A stretch of DNA of 54,808 nucleotides, filler included, from Jimgerdemannia flammicorona (lineage: Eukaryota): the NCBI GenBank assembly GCA_003990765.1. It is 3 parts of 3 records of this genome, joined end to end, with 100 filler letters (N's around TTAATTAATTAA, not from the genome) between each part and the next. Parts side by side here need not be neighbours in the genome. Positions count along the whole stretch, not along the records: positions 36,611 to 54,808 come from RBNJ01002265.1; 2 more parts are not named here. One strand, given 5' to 3'. Shown here one piece after another: positions 36,621 to 50,914 of the stretch; position 1 is the first letter of the stretch, and the number at the start of each line of letters is the position of its first letter. A program made the position numbers and the translations under genes. The notes beneath the pieces were generated by a model. That model worked only from the letters and a program-made list of their open reading frames with translations, made no database searches and had not been told where the DNA came from.

Positions 36621-39390
36621 GAGTATAGAGTTAACACATATTCACATAGTGCTATTTTTTTTTTTTATAAAAAGAATAGGTATATTATAGAGTTATTTGC
36701 TTGGTTAAATGTGTTCTTTAATAGCTAGATCTTTTAGTTCTATTTAAAGGAGTTTTAGTTTAGGTTATAATATAGGATATAGTAACTTGTGTAGAGATTT
36801 AAAGTCTGGAAGAATTTTGATTTCATGATCTATGTATCTTTTAGATAGTAGTCCTATAGGTAGGTTATTTGGAAAAAATATCTTTGAATTCTTGAACCAG
36901 AGGTTGGACTGTCTTTAGGAGATCCTTTTCTATTTCTGACTTAGAGAATCATATAATTATCAGAAATACTTGTTTGTACTTTTTGAAAAGCTTTTTGAAT
37001 TGAATTAGAAATATAGTTTCTATTAATGCTTTTATTGGCTTCTTTACTTCCAATATAACCTTCTTTCCTTTTTTGTTTAGAGTGAGCTTGTTTTCTCTTC
37101 AATAAATATTAGAGTTATATAGTACTAACTAGGGTTTTCTCAGAATAATATAGTGTCCTTATAGAGATATAATATAGAGATTTAATTTTTCAATATATTC
37201 TTATATTATATAAGATAACTTGGCTACTATTTTGTTAACTTGATATTTCTTTCCATTAGCTATAGAAATCTTAAACTCTACTTATTATAATAGACAGATA
37301 GAGATAATTTTCAATTCCTTTACTAGTTATTTACTAATGAAATTATCAGATATACTACTATTTATAAGAATATCTATTTCTCATCCTTTGATTTTTCTTT
37401 AAATAGTAGTAGGCTAGTATTGATGATACTAATATGTATTCTCCTTATAGCTTATACTTCTAGTACTTCTAAATCCTTCAGTACCCCAAGTATTTTCTTC
37501 CAGATTTATAACTTTCTTAATTATTGATATCTTGGCTTTTTCTAGAATTAGTTGTATAATTCAATCTTGCTTCTTAATTTTAAAGAATTATATACCATTA
37601 TTGATTAGAAGTACTTTGACCTCTTTATAATAATCTAGATCAATTATCTCTGTATCTAGATTAATATAGTATTTAGTACTAAGATCTGATCATGGTATAA
37701 TTCTTCTATAATACTCTTTAGATATCTGTATGGCTAGCCTAATAGCTATAAGTTATTACTGTCCTATAGGAATTATTATATCTTAAATGACTGCTAGGTC
37801 TAACCTAATTACTTCTGAGGTTTTTGCTTCTAGTATAATAGTATCAGGATATAGTTTTTGAACTATCAGATATAATTTTTCAGTTTGTGTGATAAGTATT
37901 ACTATTTCTTTCTTAGTAATAGCTAAAGTCTTCTTTGTTTCTGTCTTATCCTTGGTCTTCTTTAAAAATTTAGCAGTAATGTGTTCTTCTTTTTAGTAGT
38001 AGAAATAGGCTTTGCTTTTATATAATTTTTCCTTTTCCTTCAGTATAAGACTTAATTTAGTAATATTATCTAAATTTATTAGAGTTGATCTTATAATCTT
38101 TTTGGAGTATTCATATCCTTATTGGGGCTTTTTGATTGGTTCAGAGAAATAGTTTTTTCCAAAAAAGATTATATTAAAGTAATCAGCAATCAATATTACT
38201 TCTTCAATAAGTTTTGGATTTTATATATAGTTCTACTTTCTATTTGATATAATTCTTAAGTTCTTATATATATCTATTATGTTTTCAGCTTTGCTGATAT
38301 TATTAATCTTCAAGGCTATACTCATAAAGATAGCAATATAGGTCATAACTGATCCTGTTTGTCACAGAGATACCAATTTGTCTCTAGCCATCTTTTTTAA
38401 ATTGATGAACTTGAACTACTATATAAGTTATTCTTAAAACTTATCCTAATCTGAGAGATCTTCCTTCTCATCCCTGGCTACTTGGAATTTCATTTTTTTA
38501 CTAAATAGTTATATCTTCTTATAGTAGTACTCTTATATAAGCAACTAACTCATTATTTGATATATCTATTATTATTAAATATTAGTTCATATTGAAGAGC
38601 CAGGTTTCAATATCACTACTTCTTCTATTGTAGGATTCAGATGATGGTAACTTGAGGTGAGACTTCTTGGCTATAGTAGAGAGGCCTGCTATTGGTCCTT
38701 TGTCTTTAAAACCTAATATCTCTTCTATTAATTATATCTTTACTTATATCTCTTAATAGGCCTATATCAGCTATGCTATTTATTCTTAAAGCTATTGTAT
38801 ATCTTCTATAGAGATCATGATGTTAAAAAGAGTTTATACTAGTAAGAAGGTAATATTTAATTATCTACTATTAATAATTATAGTAAATATATATATTATA
38901 GAGAACAATTATACTTATTGAAATATAAAAGTATTTTAATATAGTTAAGTCAGATAAAATCTAAGACTTAGACTATATATTAATAAATATCTAAATAGAA
39001 GTATATATATAACTAGATTTAAATTATCTTTAGGAGATTTAAGTAAAAGTATAATAACTAACTAGACTGAGTTTTATTGAAGTATTCAGAGAGAATATTT
39101 ATATAAGAGAAATAAAAAAAAATAAAAAAAATAGATAGAATATTACTAAGCTATATATCAAGCAATGAGTCATACTTGATGGAACTTAGTAAAACATTAT
39201 AGAAAGTTACTAAGTATTAATTAGTAATGATTAGAATATTGATAGAACTATTTAGAAATCAGATTCTTAGTAAATAATTAAGTAATTTCATACTATTCTA
39301 AGCTATTCTGGAATGTTCTACTGAGTAATATGATAAAGAAAAGATAATAATTTGATAAAAGAAAAATAGAGTATAGAGGATTATTATATA
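36621..39390 (-). mobile_element. Heavily decayed Ty3/Gypsy element (LTR-like region, gag, dUTPase, protease, start of RT)
   Basis: Minus-strand relics are colinear with the 45283-51317 element. A dUTPase relic lies at ~37470-37840 (LAIQISKELYRRIIP*SDLS...EIIDLDYYKEVKVLLINNG), a protease relic near 37350-37400, and a KPITLPLDRYIDHEI-like RT start near 36830-36880. Extremely TpA-rich; boundaries approximate. Confidence 0.7.
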
Positions 39391-40270
39391 TATCTCTAAT
39401 CTCAAACAAAAGTTAGAGAAAAAGAAAAAACCTTCTAACTAACTAATAGAAAGTATATTTATAGTAAGTAAGTAAAGACTTATATAAGAGATCCTCTCAA
39501 AAGAACTGATATATAAACTAAGATTTGAAAAGATCTCAATTCTACTCTCTAAGTCTATAGGTCTCAATCACATTACTGTATCAACTCCTAGTTTCAGTTG
39601 GATACTGCTAAATGAGGAAGGTCCTACTCTCTAAGCCTGTAGACCTCAATTGCATTACTGTATCAGCTCTTAGCTCTAGTTGAGTATAGTCAGAATACTG
39701 ATCACAATATCACCCTATTGTCTACTAGCTAATCAAAAGGCCCTACTGAGATAATACTTGCTTTAACTCTAATAACTACCCTCAGCCTAGTATCTAACTG
39801 ATTTATTATTATTACTCTTCCTTTTATCTATAATAGCTATCTCCTCTCTCATCCTGATTTTATCTAAAAAACAGTTATCTATATCAGAACTATACTTACT
39901 AAGAAGCTCACCAAAGCTTAAAGAGCCTTACTATAGATACTAAAACCTATAGATAACCTATACTAGCACTTGATGCCTAAGGTTGGCTAACTCTCTATAT
40001 AGTCCATAATATATCATAATAATATCTTATTGATAATAGCAAAAGAAAAAAGAAACTATATCAAAATAAGTATACCCCAGATATAGTTAAAGATACCAGA
40101 AACTACAAAAAGTAGAAAAATACTAATCTGATACTAATAAAAAAGCAACTCATTACTATTGCCTCTCTTCTATTACTTTGTAATAAGTATATTAATCTAA
40201 GATAGAGAGAAAACAAGTAGTAAAAAAGAGACTTAAAAGGTTGCCTATCAAAACCTTATGACTAGTATAC

Positions 40271-40590
40271 TTAGTACTTCTAATAAATTGAATTAAATCA
40301 AATTTAATCCAAATTTAATTTAATTCAATCAAATCAAAGGTCCAATTCAATTTAATTTAAATCAAATTAAAGACTAATTCAATTTGAAATTTAATTTGAA
40401 TTCTATTTTTTAAAATATAATAACTTAACAAATATATATCTAAATTTAACAGTCTTTAGCTTATTAGATTTAAAGATTGTTAAATTTAGATATATTTTTA
40501 TCAAGTTATTATATTTCTAAAAATAGAGTTCAAATTGGACCCTCAATTCAATTTGATTCAAATTAATTCAATTCATTTGAGAGTACTAAA
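40271..40590. repeat. Small AT-rich palindromic MITE-like element
   Basis: The ends TAGTACTTCTAATAAATTGAATTAA and AATTAATTCAATTCATTTGAGAGTACTA are imperfect inverted repeats. A central hairpin ATATATCTAAATTTAACAGTCTTTA / TAAAGATTGTTAAATTTAGATATAT is present. Confidence 0.65.
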
Positions 40591-43500
40591 TATAGGTAGA
40601 GAAAGAGGTACTCTAATAACTCTCTCTATTATATAGTCTTGAAGATATCTGACTATTCAGTATTACTAGGCATAGATCACTTTTTATAATAGATTTAGAA
40701 CTACTGATAATGATCAAATTGTTATAACTATATATCTCTAGGTAAATATCTTTTATAAAGATTACTTTAGCTACTTAATCTCTGATAGTATTAAAATAAT
40801 CTATAAGAATTATCTAATAGTAGATTTGAGTATAGAATATATTTAGATCTTCACTTATTTCTTAGTAGATTATATTGAGTTAATTCTTTAAGATCTGCTT
40901 AATTTTATTTTTATATATAGTAGATATTTTATAGCCAAGTCTTCTATACTATAAGTGTTGTGACATCATCTCATTTTATATTATTTATAGTTATAAATAT
41001 AGCTCTTGCTAAACCTTAAAGACTGAAAAGTATAAGAACTATTTTCTTTACTATAGTCAGAATTTTTATAGTAATATATTGCTCAAAATTATCAGAGAAA
41101 GTAATGATTGATTCATCAGAGATATATTTATAAAATACTGATAGTTTCATATCTATCTTATCTAGATATCTTGGTTTGATTTGAGTGGATATTTAAATAA
41201 TAGTGATTATTTATTATTTAGCTTGAAAGTGAGAGATTTGTCTTAAATTATCAATTAATAGATACTAAGTTATAATATAGCAGATGCTTAATCTCAGAAA
41301 TATAGTAGATTTCTTTATATTAAATACTTAATCTTCTTTGACTTCTTGGAGTTCTCAGAGATATAGAAGTGAGTAACTTTCACTGGTACCATTCGGGTAA
41401 TATAAGACTCAGACAATACTTTTTACTATATTTTTGGTATCTGACGACTATTGACATAGATGATAATGATCGAACTGGTGAGTGTACTGGCCAGAGGGGA
41501 GATGGCACCTTTGGCTGGCAGTAGGTAGGAAGGAGGGGAGATGGTTTGGAGATGCTGGGTGCTAATAGTGGTCAAGAGACTGAAGGACAGGAGATGGGTC
41601 AAGGAGTTGATGAGACTATAGAGAAGGAGAGATAGTTATGGAAGATATTGACAAATATCACAGCTAATGAGTTGGGTGAGATGGACTTCAGAGTAATTAG
41701 TGAGAGGTACTGGAGAGAGATTCTGTAAGAAGAAGAGGTAGTATGGAAGATTTAAGATAAGCTGATAGCAGGTCTGCTGGAGGCAGAGGAGTATGAAGTA
41801 GATGGAGATAGAGAGGCAGAGTTGATGAGAATTATAAATAACTATGTAATCTATCTGTAGAGCTCTAAAAAGGGATTGGCAAAGTGGTAGATGATATATG
41901 AGAAGTACTAGTCTAACATAGAGGCTATAGATAGTGAGGACTATTGGAAGATCTTAGTAGCTCTAGATGTCCAGCAGAGAGAGGCTGAGGAGCTTGAAGC
42001 AGAGAGAAACTTGGATATTTGTAAGCACACAACCTCCAAGCCACTGAAATCACATATCACTCTCTGAACAAGTCATGGAAATCACATGCAACCTCTGAAC
42101 AAATCCAGAAATCACATGTAGGATCACAAAGCTGAGTTAAACCAAAGTCAGAGTATACAAAGCTGAGTCAACTCAAAGTCACAAAAAATAAGATTTATAC
42201 AAATAGAGTCTTATCAATCAGGACCAAATGCATATATACTGAGTACTCAGATGTATTGAAATAGAGAACTACAATAAACCAAATAAATAACCACAACTCT
42301 CCAATATATATAACTATGACCACCAAGATTTATAACTACATCTGTGCTGATATTTGGAATACTATTGTCAACCAAGCTACATCTCTTCTGTCTCTTATAA
42401 ATATCTATAGCCTAGCACCTCTTTACTTCATGTAAACCTAATGGAATGCTCTGAACATACTTAGCAAAATCCACTAAATCAGACAAATCTCAAGCTACTA
42501 TCAGATCAGCTATCTTCTGGAAGATATGATTAAATACTACTATGATACAGACATTACCCAGATGTCTCAATACTAGAAACTTATTACATACAAATATCAA
42601 GAACTCTTCTATAAGTACAGTATCTTTATTCTCTACCTCTGAGTTACTACTACTGAAATGGTTGCCACTCTGTCCTATGGGCAAATTGACAATATAGTAT
42701 AAGAACTCAACCACAAGTATATCAAGTATATTCAAACTATAGACAGAATCTTCCTACACCTTAACAATCATATTCTACAAATGCCCCAAGTTGGATATAT
42801 AATAAAAGACATCTGTAATATAATCCAATTTGATGATGAAGCAGAAGATAATGATCCCTCCAATACTGATATAATCTCAAGTCAAGGATCTCTGCCAACC
42901 CTAATTATCCTGCCAATCTTGCCAATAAACTTACAATAGTTCATAACCACCTATGAGACTTATTGGGATAATAATCACTAGCATAAGTACTAACTTATAT
43001 TTACCCCCAATTACTTCAACTACAATGAAGAGACCAGAGAATACAACCTGTATCTCTAGACAACTCTCAAGATTAAACCAACAACCCCACCTCTTAAGTA
43101 TGAATGAAATAAGCCACAGCTACTACCATACTACAACTCAGCAACTCATAGTGCTATTACCTATAAAAGGTATGCAGATAGCAAATCCAAGAAAGTGAAG
43201 ATAATGTATCCCTCCTTTGTCCACCAACTTCTTATCTAGTATATAAGACAGATGATGCTATTCTATAAGACAGTGACAAAGTCCCAATGTATTATTATCT
43301 CAGTAAATAGAGAGAAGTAATCTGCAAACCACTCTTCCTAAATAACTACTTTATCAGAGATAATATCATTAATAGTGATATCATTGAAGACTACTCAGAT
43401 AGTATCTAAATCTATAGATAGTTTAGTAGTTATTAGTTTAAATTAGCCTTATATAACATAACTGTGAACTGACTCAGTAGTCAGACAATCTCTTGACATA

Positions 43501-45282
43501 TCAGATCACACTTATACTATATGACTGTATTCTGACTCAGCAAGGTACTAAGTACTATATTCATATTTAGCATAGTCTAGATAGCCCCTCACTAGTATAA
43601 ATATCCCCTCTCCCAGATCTCAGAATCTCAGACTCAAATATACAAGAACAGCTTCTGAACACTTCTCTACAATATCCCTTCACACAACTACTCCTAATAT
43701 AGCAATATTATGAATAGTGAATAAATCTATTTAATAACCCACAAACCACTCTTAAGTAAATCCACTTCCTGTTAGGTCCCACTTCTAACCCTATCATGAA
43801 ATTTCCTAATTGGATATTATCTGTAGTGATATGTCAATTCAACTAAACTGGTCTTAGTTTCTTGAACTTCCTGAAATATAGAAAATCCTGAATATCAAGA
43901 ACTTGTCCAAAAAAGGACTTTGGTTGAAATGTCAATCTGATCTTGATATTAATAAGTATAGAGGATATACTCTATATGAAATTGATCTTAACCTTAAGAA
44001 AACAGTCTTCTAGAATATCCAGAACTTTCAGAAAACCTCTCCAGAACTACATAATAGTTACCCTAACAAGTAACCCTCTTATAACTTGGTAGCAGCAGTT
44101 TACAATTTAATTCTGCTTCAAGATACTTCCTCACTCTACTACAAACCTCTCTGAGAATTTCTATAAGTTGGTATAAAGCCCAACCTCTAAACTGGAATTA
44201 TCCCAAACTATCTGACAATCTGAAGAGAATTGAACCTGACATACAAGGACAATTTGACCTCCATATCTATAATAAGTGAGACAGACTTTATTCAAAGAAA
44301 GAAGTACTCTAATTAAATCAGCAGATAGGCAAAATCCTATTTACTGAACTCCTTGCTCTACATCCCACAAGTCAAGATGAAGAAGGTCTTATAGAAGTCT
44401 TCTTTACTCTTCTCAACAAGAGTTTTGTCTGCTCTACAAATCTGAGCAATCTAGGACAACCAGCAGCAGTCTTTCTAGTCTTATATAGTTCCTCATGAAG
44501 CCCAAGCCTCTATAGCCAAGTGGCTCAACTCTACTGACTTTCACTATACCAGAACTAAGACTACCTTATACTACCACTTTCAGAATTGTAAGGCCTACTA
44601 TATTCTTAAGAAAGAAGCAAAAGAAACTCTCTATCAATAATATGACCTCAAACCAGAAGTAGACCTAGCTACAATGTTATCTACAACTGAAACCAATACT
44701 GAACCAGAACTTGATTTTAAATTAAGCTCATCTGAAATCAGATATATAACTAATTCTGTCTACTTTGACACTGAGAAAACTCAATTACACAGGAACCTAA
44801 GCCAAGAGAAGGAGGAGTATCTTAGTGAATTCAATCTCAGATATACTACTAAAGAAGATGTACCTCCATCAGGACAGAATACATCTATATAGTAACAGAT
44901 AGCTATCTATTGAGTCCTTACTCCAGACCTGCAACTATTACTCCAGTAACTTATACAGACTCAAAGAATACTATCACACTCTATACTAGTACCTCAAGTA
45001 GTATCAGTAACATCACTACCAGTAGTCTAATTGCCTCTAGTAAATAATATAACAAATCAACAGATTCTAGACCTCATAGCCCAGATAGCAATAATAGTAA
45101 CAACCATTACTACCTTAGCTAAACAGACCAGACCAATAAAAAGTCTGAGCCTATCTACCTTCAATAGTACTGTATAAAAAGTTCAAAGCTTCATTAGTAT
45201 AGTTGACACCAACTTCAAAGCCAATCAATGAACTAATGAGCAAGTTGCTGACTATCTTCTGATGAATAATCAAGACCACACT

Positions 45283-45685
45283 TGTAACATTTTAGCATAG
45301 TTTATTTCTTTTCTTTGTCTTTCTTCAATATTCTATGACCTTCCGGTACTTTCCAAATACTTAGAAATCCTTTCTTCGCACCGAGCATTAACTAGTACTT
45401 ATTTAGTTAGTCACTGAATATCCTGGAAACTTGTAGAACTTTATTTGTCATCATTTGTCATCTTTGCTGAGAACTTTCCTCTTGGTATTTTCCTTTGATT
45501 TCTCAGATCCTTCTGGATTCTTCTTTCAGATCTTGTATAAATATCTCCTTTGTTCTCATGAATAAAGTCTCAGAATATTTTCTCTCAGAAATCCTTTGAG
45601 AACACTTGAATTCTTAGTATCTCTTTGAGCTACTTAGGACTACCAGAATTAGTCGCTTCCTCATTTAGAAACTAGAACCATTACA
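45283..45685 (+). repeat. 5' LTR
   Basis: TGTAAC...ATTACA, matches 50915-51317; contains TATAAA and AATAAA. Confidence 0.95.
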
Positions 45686-48600
45686 CTTAGTAGTAGCAGT
45701 TAAGTTACACCTAGCCTTATCAAGACACCTCTCAAGATATCAGTTACAACACTATGGAGGACAATGGGTAGAACCCTTCATACAGTACCTACAGTCCAGG
45801 CAATGCCTTATACAATCAGTACAATCAGCAAGAAGAAGAGGAATAGCAAAACCCTACCCAGTCGAATGGGGCCATCAAGAGTCTTTTGCAGACTGCATTA
45901 GCTCAGATTGCTCAACTTCAAGAACATATAGAAAGAAAGAAAAGCAAGGCCCCCACTCATACCTCCACACCTCTACTGACATCAATACATCTAACAGTAG
46001 TCACTATCAAGCCTCAGAAGTCTGACACTTTTGATGGTCAAAGAGAAGGACTGTCTACCAATGCCTGGCTTTTCCAATTGGAGCAATATAGAGAACTGAC
46101 CAATTTGGAAGAAGCAACACTAGTCCAATTTGCCACCACACTCCTCTGAGGGAATAATGCAATTTTGTGGCAAAATCATGTTCAGAATACCAGATTCTCT
46201 GGCTGAATCAAGATCTGGGGTAAATTCTCTGATACTATTCAAGGCCAATTCAAACCAGTCAACAGCACCAAAGCCATGTGAGACTGTCTGGCAAATGTCA
46301 AACAACTCAAGTCTGTGTAAGTATATAATGTACAATTCCTGTCAATCCTGCTAGAATTACCACATGTCACTGAAGATGAGAAGGTTGACAAGTACATCTG
46401 AGGTCTAAAAGGTCAAACCTGAGTTCGTGTTGAACTAGAAGAACTCAAGGACCTAGATACAGTAATGAAAATTGCTGATAGGTTTGATATTATCACCTAT
46501 GATTACTGCTTTGAACAGAAGTGACCACCTTTCAACAACAACAACCACAGAAGGGAGGAACCCAAAGTCAGAACTGTTGGACCTGCCTCCATGGACCTAG
46601 ACACTATTGACAAGAACAAGAAAGGCAAGCTCACACCTAAGGAAAAGGAGTGCCTCAAGAAGACTGGAGCCTGCTTCTTTTGCCATCAGCCTGGTCACAT
46701 TGCAACCAAATGTCCCAAGAAAACTGCTGAACCAAAGAGGATCCTGGTTCTGTCCAAAGACACTCAAGGTCAACCAGTTGAACAAGAAGTTGTACTCAAT
46801 TTCATGCAAGTCAACCCCAAGGCTCAGATCCCTCAAGTACAGTCAGAAGGAGCCATTGGTTTGGACCTTCAAGCAATACAACAAGTCACTATCCCAGTGC
46901 ATGAAAGAAGGCTCATTCCAACTGGTCTTTCAGTCGAAATCCCCAAGGAACATTATGCAAGAATTACACCAAGATCTGGCCTTAGTTTCAAGCACTCATT
47001 AGATGTTGGTGCTGGAGTTATTGACCCTGACTTCTGAGGTAAAATGTAAGTTCTACTAGTTAACCACAAGAACCAATCATACACTGTCAATGAAGGAGAC
47101 AGAATCACACAGCTCATTCCGGAGCGAGCTACTCTACCAGTCATCAAAGAAGTCACCAAGCTGTCTTCAACTAAGCAAGATCAGAAAGGCTTTGGCAGTA
47201 CTGATAAAGTTGCAAGCATAGCCAAGAACCAAGCCAATTCAATGCTCATCTTCAAAGGTCTAGTCAAGGGACAAGAGCTAGATGTTCTCATAGACAGTGG
47301 AGCTGTTGGGAACTTCATCAACAAGAACCTCATCGACAAGCTCAAGATTCTCACCAAACCAGCTGGTAAGAATGGTAGAGTTGTCACTGCAGATGGCACT
47401 ACCTTACCAATTGACTCAATTGCTGCTAAACTTCCCCTCAAGATCCAGAAGTACTGGGAATGTTTAGATTTCGAGATAGTACCACTAGGAGACCATGACC
47501 TGATCCTAGGCAAACCCTGGCTTATATGGCACAACCCTCAGATTGATTGGACCAAGAATGAAGTCACCTTGATTCAGGATAGAGCCAACATTACCATCAA
47601 GCCAGACAAGACTCAGACAAGAACCCCAATTGTGATCCTTTCAGCAATTCAGTTCAAGAAGGCCCTCAAGAAAGCTATCTGTGTCTTTGTGACACTGATC
47701 CAACCAAAGAAAGAAGACAAGAAGCTATCAATTAGTGAAAGTGTCAAGTTACTGCTGAATAAGTATAAGGATGTCTTCCCAGACAAACTACCTGGTCTAC
47801 CACTGTCAAGAGACCATGACCATGAAATCAAGTTGGTACCTGATACAGCTATACCTAAGAAGAAAATATACCACATATCTCTACTCGAAATTGAAGCAGT
47901 CAAGAAGGAACTCAATGAACTCATTGAGCAAGAAGCCATTCAGCCAAGCAAGTCACCCTTTGGCTCCCCAGTCCTATTTGTCAAGAAAAAGAATGATACT
48001 TTGCAAATGTGCATAGACTACTGAGCACTCAACAAGATTACAGTCAAGAACCACTATCTGCTACTGCTCATAGATTAAATCTTTGATGCTCTCAAGAATG
48101 CAAAGTACTTCACCAAGATTGATCTCACCTCTGGGTATCACCAAATTCGAATCAAGCCAGAAGACATACCCAAGACTGTCTCCATGACACCCTTTGGACT
48201 CTATGAGTTTCTAGTCATAGCCTTTGGTCTCACCAATGTACCAGCAACCTTTTAAGATATCATGCAAACTATCTTCAAGGATCAGCTCTATATCTTTGTA
48301 CTTGTGTACATTGATGACATCCTGATCTTCAGTAGTACTGAAGAAGAACACCTCAAGTACATTGAACAAGTCCTCAAGATCCTCTGTGAGAACAAACTCT
48401 ATGCAAAGCTCAAGAAATGCGAATTTTTCAAGAATAAAATCAAATACCTTGGACACATTATATCAGCCAAAGGAATTCAAGTAGACCCAAGGAAAATATA
48501 AGCTATTGAACAGTGGCCTGTACCAGCAAACCTCACTGAACTCAGATCCTTCCTTGGTCTGGCTAGATACTATTGTCAATTTGTCAAGAACTTCTCTGGT

Positions 48601-50914
48601 ATTGCAGAATCTTTGACAAACCTCCTGTGAAAGGAACCCAACTCTAACCTCTATGTCCCTTACATCTGGGATGCCTTCTGTCAACAAGCCTTTCAAGAAC
48701 TCAAGAACTGACTGACCCATGCACCTGTTCTTAGAAACATGGACCCAAACTTGAAGTTCATGGTCACTACAGATGTATCTAACTTTGCCATTGGTGTAGT
48801 CATTTCTCAAGATGATGGTCAAGGATACCAACCTATCACCTTTGAGTTAAGAAAATTGTCCCCAGTGGAACAAAAGCTAGCTACTCACAAAAAGGAACTC
48901 CTGGCAATCATGTATGCTCTCAAGACCTAGCAATACTATCTAGAAGGAGTTAATTTTGATGTGATCACTGATTACAGATCCCTTCAGTATATCAACACTC
49001 AACCAACCCTTTCTCATCAACAAGCCAAGTGGAGTCAACTACTTCAGACCTTTACCCCAAACATCATCTATAAGTCTGGCAAAGCTTTAGTTGTACCAGA
49101 TGTGCTGTCAAGAAGACCCGACCTTGCTGCGATTTTACAAGTCACTGTGGCACCTGAATTCCTCAACCAGATCAAGAAGGCATATGAACAAGACTCTCTG
49201 GTTCTACAAAGGAATACCAAGGAATTCAAGAAAAAGTACACCATCAAGGACAACCTCATGTACTATCAAGACAAAGTATATATTCCTGCTAACCCTGAAC
49301 TATGGTACAAGATTCTTCATAAACATCATGACTCCCCACTAGCTGGTCACCTTGGAACTGAGAAGACCATCAAGAATATCCAACGAGACTACTACTGGCC
49401 AAATATGCTCAAGGAAATCAAGGAGTATGTCCAAAGCTGCGATCTTTGCCAAAGAAACAAGTCAAGCAACCAAGCACCTGCCGGTCTTCTACAACCCTTG
49501 TCAATTCCAACCAAGAAGTTCGAACAAGTCACAATGGACTTCATTGTGCAACTCCCACAAACCAAAACAGGCTATGATACTATTATTGTATTTGTGGACC
49601 ATCTCATCAAGATTACAATCACTGAGCCAACCACAACCAATGCTGCTGCCCCAGAAATTGTAAGAATCTTCTTCAAGACTGTCTTCCATCATTATGGACT
49701 TCCCTGAGTAATTATCAGCGACCATGACCCCAAGTTCACAAGTCACTTCTGGCAAGCACTCTTCAAGACCCTTGGAACCCAAATTGCTATGTCCATGGCC
49801 TTTCATTCTCAAACTAATGGACAGATAGAGCAAATGAACAGAACACTTGAACAAATGCTCAGAAACTATGTGTCTTATGAGCAAGATGATTGGGACCACT
49901 ATCTGATCTATGCCGAGTTCACCTACAATAATGCCAACTAATCATCAACTGGTCTTTCCCCATTTCAGCTACTTCACAGTCAAACCCCTGAGACCCCTGC
50001 AAGCCTAGTCTAATTCCAGCAATCCAGTCACACACAAGTCCCCACAGCCCAGAACCTTATTGACAAAATGGATTCCCTTCTCAAGATCACCACTATGAAC
50101 CTGCAAAAGGCTCAGCAACATCAAGCTAAGTATGCAGATAAGAAGCAGCAAGATGTTATATACAACATTAGTGATATGGTTCTACTTAAAGCCAACAACA
50201 TCAAGGCTCAATCTCAAGTCAACTGCCAGTCAGCCAAATTCCAGCCCAAGTATCTTGGACCCTTCGAGATCACTGAGCAAGTCTCCACCTGGTCTTACTG
50301 TCTCAACTTGCCAACAACCATGCATATACACCCAGTATTCCATGTGTCACAACTCAAGGCCTGGAACCAGTCACTCCCATACTCTGGCTGAATTCCGACA
50401 CCATCAGCACCAGTCATAGTTGAAGACCACATCGAGTATGAAGTTGAGAAAATCTTAGACAAACAAATCTGATACTGTCACACAGAATACCTAGTCAAGT
50501 GGATGAGTTACCCTGAATATGAGGCTACCTGGGAATCTGCTGCCAATCTCAAGAACTCCCAAGATCTCATCCAAGAGTTCGAGCAAAAAGGAACTCATTG
50601 ACTGCCCGTGAGATTCTCCTCTTGGATAGTAGATGACCTACTGTGCTGATCAGGCACATTACGTATCGGGGCCCTCTAAGGGATATAGCATCAGAAATAA
50701 GAGATACAGGAGAACCCTATAAATTCAACAACCAATGAGATTCAAACCAGTTCTCATCTGATCAAGATGATACTTTGGCCCTCACCTTATATAAGGATGG
50801 CCAATCCTTGCCAATGAGTCAATATATTTAATTTGAAGTTTCTTTTAGTCTTGTTGTTTATTATATATAACTTTGAGAATTCAATGAGGACATTCATTCT
50901 TAAGGAGGGGGAGA

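Noticed and set aside
39400..42019. Decayed coding-like DNA and an ~83-bp duplication near 39540-39700
   Set aside because: Too mutated to assign to a TE class by eye.
44087..44098. Unusual primer-binding site TGGTAGCAGC
   Set aside because: Compatible with an ordinary initiator-Met tRNA 3' end; not novel unless the host tRNA set shows otherwise.
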